Source: a virus
Taxonomy: Duplodnaviria > Caudoviricetes
Strand: one strand, 5' to 3'
Virus record (IMG/VR): IMGVR_UViG_3300042922_001010
Span: 1 to 56,683 of that record
DNA: 56,683 nt
The translations under genes and the position numbers were made by a program. The notes beneath the pieces were generated by a model, which was given only the letters and a program-made list of their open reading frames with translations, searched no databases and had not been told where the DNA came from. Shown here one piece after another: positions 53,314-56,683 of the stretch. Every line of letters starts with the position of its first letter. Position 1 is the first letter of the stretch.

Positions 53314-56300
53314 TATCGGACTCCTGCCTTTGCCAGCGCGCCAGAACGCGCGAGGCGTCGCCGGCGGGCTGTTTCGATTGCGGTTGCGATCTCGGATGCC
53401 GCGGTGTCCGTGGTGACTCCGTAGAACTGGAAGACGTCTCCCCCGGCGGCGGAATCTGTTGGCGATCCGTCGGTACCGGTCGCCGCGAGCGGAACGGCGC
53501 GCGCGGCAAGGCGAGCAACTTCCATGCCCGACGCGAGGTCGCTCTGGATGCCGCTTGCAAGCCCGAGGCCGAGCTCCTCACGGACGCTCGATGCCATGGT
53601 CCGCACACGGTTCTGCACCCGGCCGAAGCCGTCTACGAGACCCCGCTCGAAGCCGCCCATGATCCAGCCACCGGCCGGCTCGAGGAGGCGACGGTCGTAG
53701 GACTCCGGACCCTTGTTGTCTCGGATCCAGCCGGCGATGCCGCCGATGAACGTCTGCACGCCGACGTACGCAGTACGGAGGCTTCCGAGGAAGCCGCCCA
53801 TGATCGCGGATCCCGCGCCGATGAGGATGCTCCCGGCGTTCGGGATCGAGATTCGACCGCCGAGGCCGCCGAACCAGCCCTGCACGTTGGGGAACTCCCC
53901 GTCGGCGCCACTGCGGAATCCGCGGATGGTGTCGCCACCGCGTCCTGTCAGCCAGGCGCTCGCGCCGTTCATGGCGCCGGAGAACGTCGGCCCGAGGCCT
54001 CCGAACCATCCAGCAGTGTTCGGCGCTTCGTTCGCCGACCCGAGCCGCAGCCCTTCCATCAGGCCCTTGCCCTTGGGCTTGAGCCACTCTCCGGCGGTAC
54101 CGAACGAGTGGTCGAGGTTGACCCGGGTGGGTGTCCCGAAGTCCATAGGAGTCTCGGTGAAGCCCATCGTGAGCCCGCGCGAGAACCCGCCGCCGCCGAG
54201 GCGGCCCTTCTCGATGAGCTGCTGGTCGAGGTCGGGTCCGAAAGCGTTCTCGAGCTGGTCACGGAGCGTGGCGGGCATGTCGACGTCCCGCAGACCGTCC
54301 AGGAACGCCTCACCGGCTTCCGGACCGCCCTTTTCGAGCTCCTCGCGGTAGACCGCAAGGATCGCGGCGGCGTACGCCTTGACGTCCCCCGCCTGCGCGG
54401 GATCCATCTGCGGCATGACGAAGCCGTTCGGCCCGCGGAGGTGGTCACCGACGAGCTGCTCGAGTTCGACGTTCCACTTTTGGCCGTCGGGCGTGAGGGA
54501 GAGCCGGAGAGTCTCGAAGAAGCCCTTGTTGTTGTCGGACCACGTGTTCAGGCCTTCGACCGCCTCACTCAGCCCGTCGACCAAGGTGGCGACGGCGGGT
54601 GCGAGGTCGGCGATGGATTCAGCGAGCCCAACGAAGGCGTCAACCACCATCGGAGACAGGGCTTCGACGAGGTCCGCCGCGGCCGGGCCGAGGCGGTCCG
54701 AGATCGAGGTGACTGCGGACGCGAGGTCGGGAAGCGCCGGACCGATCGCGGAGATGAGTCCGTCGATCGAGGGCATGAGGTCTGCCAGCACGCTTGCAGC
54801 GGTCGGGAGCAGGTTTGCGGTCAGATCACCCAGCAACCCGAGGAACCCGCCGAACGTGTCCGCGATGGGCTGCAGTGAGGGTTGGATGCCCTCGAGCGCG
54901 GATACGAGTCCAGACGAGAATCCGTCCAGCCCAGCGGCGACCTTCGGGGAGTTGAGCGCGTTGGCGATGCCTTCGGCCAATCCGCCGAGGAACGTGCCGG
55001 ACGACCCGATGAACCGCTCGACGGCGGCGCTCTGGTCAGCGAGCAGATTCCCGACAGCCTCCACCGCGTCGCCGAATGCGTCCATGGCGACGTAGGAGCC
55101 TCGGAAGATGGCTGTGAGGCCCTTCTGGAACTGCGCGCCGTTCACGACGCGGTCCCACTCCTGCATCATGTCCGCGAAGCCGCGGAGTCCGCCGGAGCCC
55201 GCCTGGTCGGCGGCCTTCCAGATGCCCGAGAACACACCGGCGATGCCAGTGGTCGCGTCCCACAGCGCGTAGGCGCTGTCGATGGCGCCCTCCATCCAGG
55301 CCGCGAGGCGACCGTCGGACGAGATGTCCGTGAGCCACTTGTCGAGCGTGTTGGCCTGACGCACGAGCCACGACGCCAGGCGCGGCGTGTAGTTCGCCGC
55401 AATCTGCGAGAGCGACACCATGGCGCCCGCGAACCCGTCCGCGCCGGACGCGAGGATGCGCCAGCCGTCGGCAATCCCCTTGAAGATGGATTCGAGCCGC
55501 CCGTTGGCGAGTTCCTCGCCGAACGCGCGGGACATCTCCGCGGTGAAGTCTCCGACCCCTGCCGAGATGTCCCGGAACGAGTTCCGGAGCTGCGGCATGA
55601 GGTTGGTGACGAGGTCGATGATCGGCTGTCGAGCACGGTCCCAGAAGGTGCCGTTGATGATGTCGCCGAGCTCGCTGATGGAGCTCTTGAGGGGCGCCAG
55701 TTCCGTGCCTGCATTCCGCAGCGCGACGACGAGCACGGTGAGCGACCCCGCAGCGTTCGCGATAAGTCCGGGGACGAGGAGGAGTCCCGGCGCGAGGGCG
55801 ACGAGGCCCTGGCCGAGTCCGACGACTCCGGAGATCGCGGCGAACACTCCCCCGACGAGGGACGTGATGCCGGTCGTCCAGTTCACGATGGACGGGAGGG
55901 ACTTGTCGAGGTTCTTCGCGAAGTCGCCGATGTCGCTGAGCATCTGGCCCGACAGCCGGGCGCCGGAGAGCGCAGCGAGGGTCGTGGCGGCGCTGATGGC
56001 GCTTGCACGGTTCACCTTGACGATGAGCTCGACGATGCGCGTTCGGGACGTGTACGCGAGGCGTGCGTTGGCGACCGCCGTGGTCACGGCGACGGGGATG
56101 TCGACCTCGTTACGTTCGGCCCGGTCGACGAGCTTCTTGAGCTCCCGCTCGAACTTCTCCTTGTCGGCGACCTGCGCCTTGAGGTTGGTCCGGAAGTCAC
56201 CGAACTCGTTGAGTTGCTGCTGGATCTGAGCGCGCAGCTTCTGCTTCTGCAGGTCCGCCTTCGTGACGTTGACCGTCCCGTCGACATCCACCTTGGGGGC

Positions 56301-56498
56301 GGTCATCTTCGCCACCTGGCGGTCGAGCGACTGCTGCAGCCGACTTCGGTCCGCCTCGAGGCCCGTGACGCGGACTTTCATGGTGAGGGTCTTCGCGATG
56401 CGCTCGAGTTCCCGCTTGGCCTGGGGGCGGAACTTAGTCGTGTCGGGAACGACACGGATGGACACTCGTCCGACGTTGCGACCGGGGTTGAATGCCAT
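53313..56498 (-). CDS. Tape measure protein
   Basis: 1061 aa Ala/Gly-rich; VSIRVVPDT N-terminus; KGP..YDRRLL.PAG..IMGG C-terminus. Confidence 0.95.
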   Translation of the reverse strand: MAFNPGRNVGRVSIRVVPDTTKFRPQAKRELERIAKTLTMKVRVTGLEADRSRLQQSLDRQVAKMTAPKVDVDGTVNVTKADLQKQKLRAQIQQQLNEFGDFRTNLKAQVADKEKFERELKKLVDRAERNEVDIPVAVTTAVANARLAYTSRTRIVELIVKVNRASAISAATTLAALSGARLSGQMLSDIGDFAKNLDKSLPSIVNWTTGITSLVGGVFAAISGVVGLGQGLVALAPGLLLVPGLIANAAGSLTVLVVALRNAGTELAPLKSSISELGDIINGTFWDRARQPIIDLVTNLMPQLRNSFRDISAGVGDFTAEMSRAFGEELANGRLESIFKGIADGWRILASGADGFAGAMVSLSQIAANYTPRLASWLVRQANTLDKWLTDISSDGRLAAWMEGAIDSAYALWDATTGIAGVFSGIWKAADQAGSGGLRGFADMMQEWDRVVNGAQFQKGLTAIFRGSYVAMDAFGDAVEAVGNLLADQSAAVERFIGSSGTFLGGLAEGIANALNSPKVAAGLDGFSSGLVSALEGIQPSLQPIADTFGGFLGLLGDLTANLLPTAASVLADLMPSIDGLISAIGPALPDLASAVTSISDRLGPAAADLVEALSPMVVDAFVGLAESIADLAPAVATLVDGLSEAVEGLNTWSDNNKGFFETLRLSLTPDGQKWNVELEQLVGDHLRGPNGFVMPQMDPAQAGDVKAYAAAILAVYREELEKGGPEAGEAFLDGLRDVDMPATLRDQLENAFGPDLDQQLIEKGRLGGGGFSRGLTMGFTETPMDFGTPTRVNLDHSFGTAGEWLKPKGKGLMEGLRLGSANEAPNTAGWFGGLGPTFSGAMNGASAWLTGRGGDTIRGFRSGADGEFPNVQGWFGGLGGRISIPNAGSILIGAGSAIMGGFLGSLRTAYVGVQTFIGGIAGWIRDNKGPESYDRRLLEPAGGWIMGGFERGLVDGFGRVQNRVRTMASSVREELGLGLASGIQSDLASGMEVARLAARAVPLAATGTDGSPTDSAAGGDVFQFYGVTTDTAASEIATAIETARRRRLARSGALAKAGVR

Positions 56499-56683
56499 CC
56501 GTGTCAGCCCTCTCCGTAGATGAACTCTGTGAAGCGGCCGCCATCGACGTAGGTTCTGACGAACTCGGCGAGGGTCTTCGGCTGCTCCGGATCCGGTGCC
56601 GGCGGCCCCGGGTACTTGATGAGGTGGGCGTCGATGTCAAAGCCCTTGGACATGCCGGCGATGAGGCCGATGAGGGCGTTGTG

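Noticed and set aside
56557-56683. 127-bp direct terminal repeat as a biological DTR
   Set aside because: It falls mid-gene and equals a common assembler k-mer length; best explained as circular overlap

Overview
The window is an apparently complete, circularly assembled temperate siphovirus genome of about 56,556 bp. Bases 1-127 repeat at 56557-56683. High GC, gene families and a tRNA-Thr attP suggest an actinobacterial host, probably Microbacteriaceae (inference). Most genes are on the minus strand. The virion module runs terminase, portal, capsid, head-tail genes, tail tube and a frameshifted tail chaperone that crosses the contig join, then tape measure, minor tail genes, lysis cassette and an SGNH-esterase receptor-binding pair. 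The lysogeny module has a tyrosine integrase, attP (3' half of tRNA-Thr(CGT) with arm repeats), an ImmR/ImmA-like repressor and metalloprotease, Cro and Xis. A long early operon carries recombination and replication genes plus a dense counter-defence set: a Prs-like + NAMPT-like pair (NARP1-type NAD+ reconstitution), Pnkp + RNA ligase, MazG, two DNA methyltransferases and a metallophosphoesterase. There are four tRNAs (Gly, Gln, Asp, Asn). The least explained signals are non-coding: four anticodon-less tRNA-like mini-structures between genes, a GAGCCAAGC-loop hairpin repeated before start codons, a plus-strand island near the probable genome end rich in AAGTTGC, and a ~370-nt structured leader in the early operon. 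All product calls come from motif recognition and synteny; no database searches were run.
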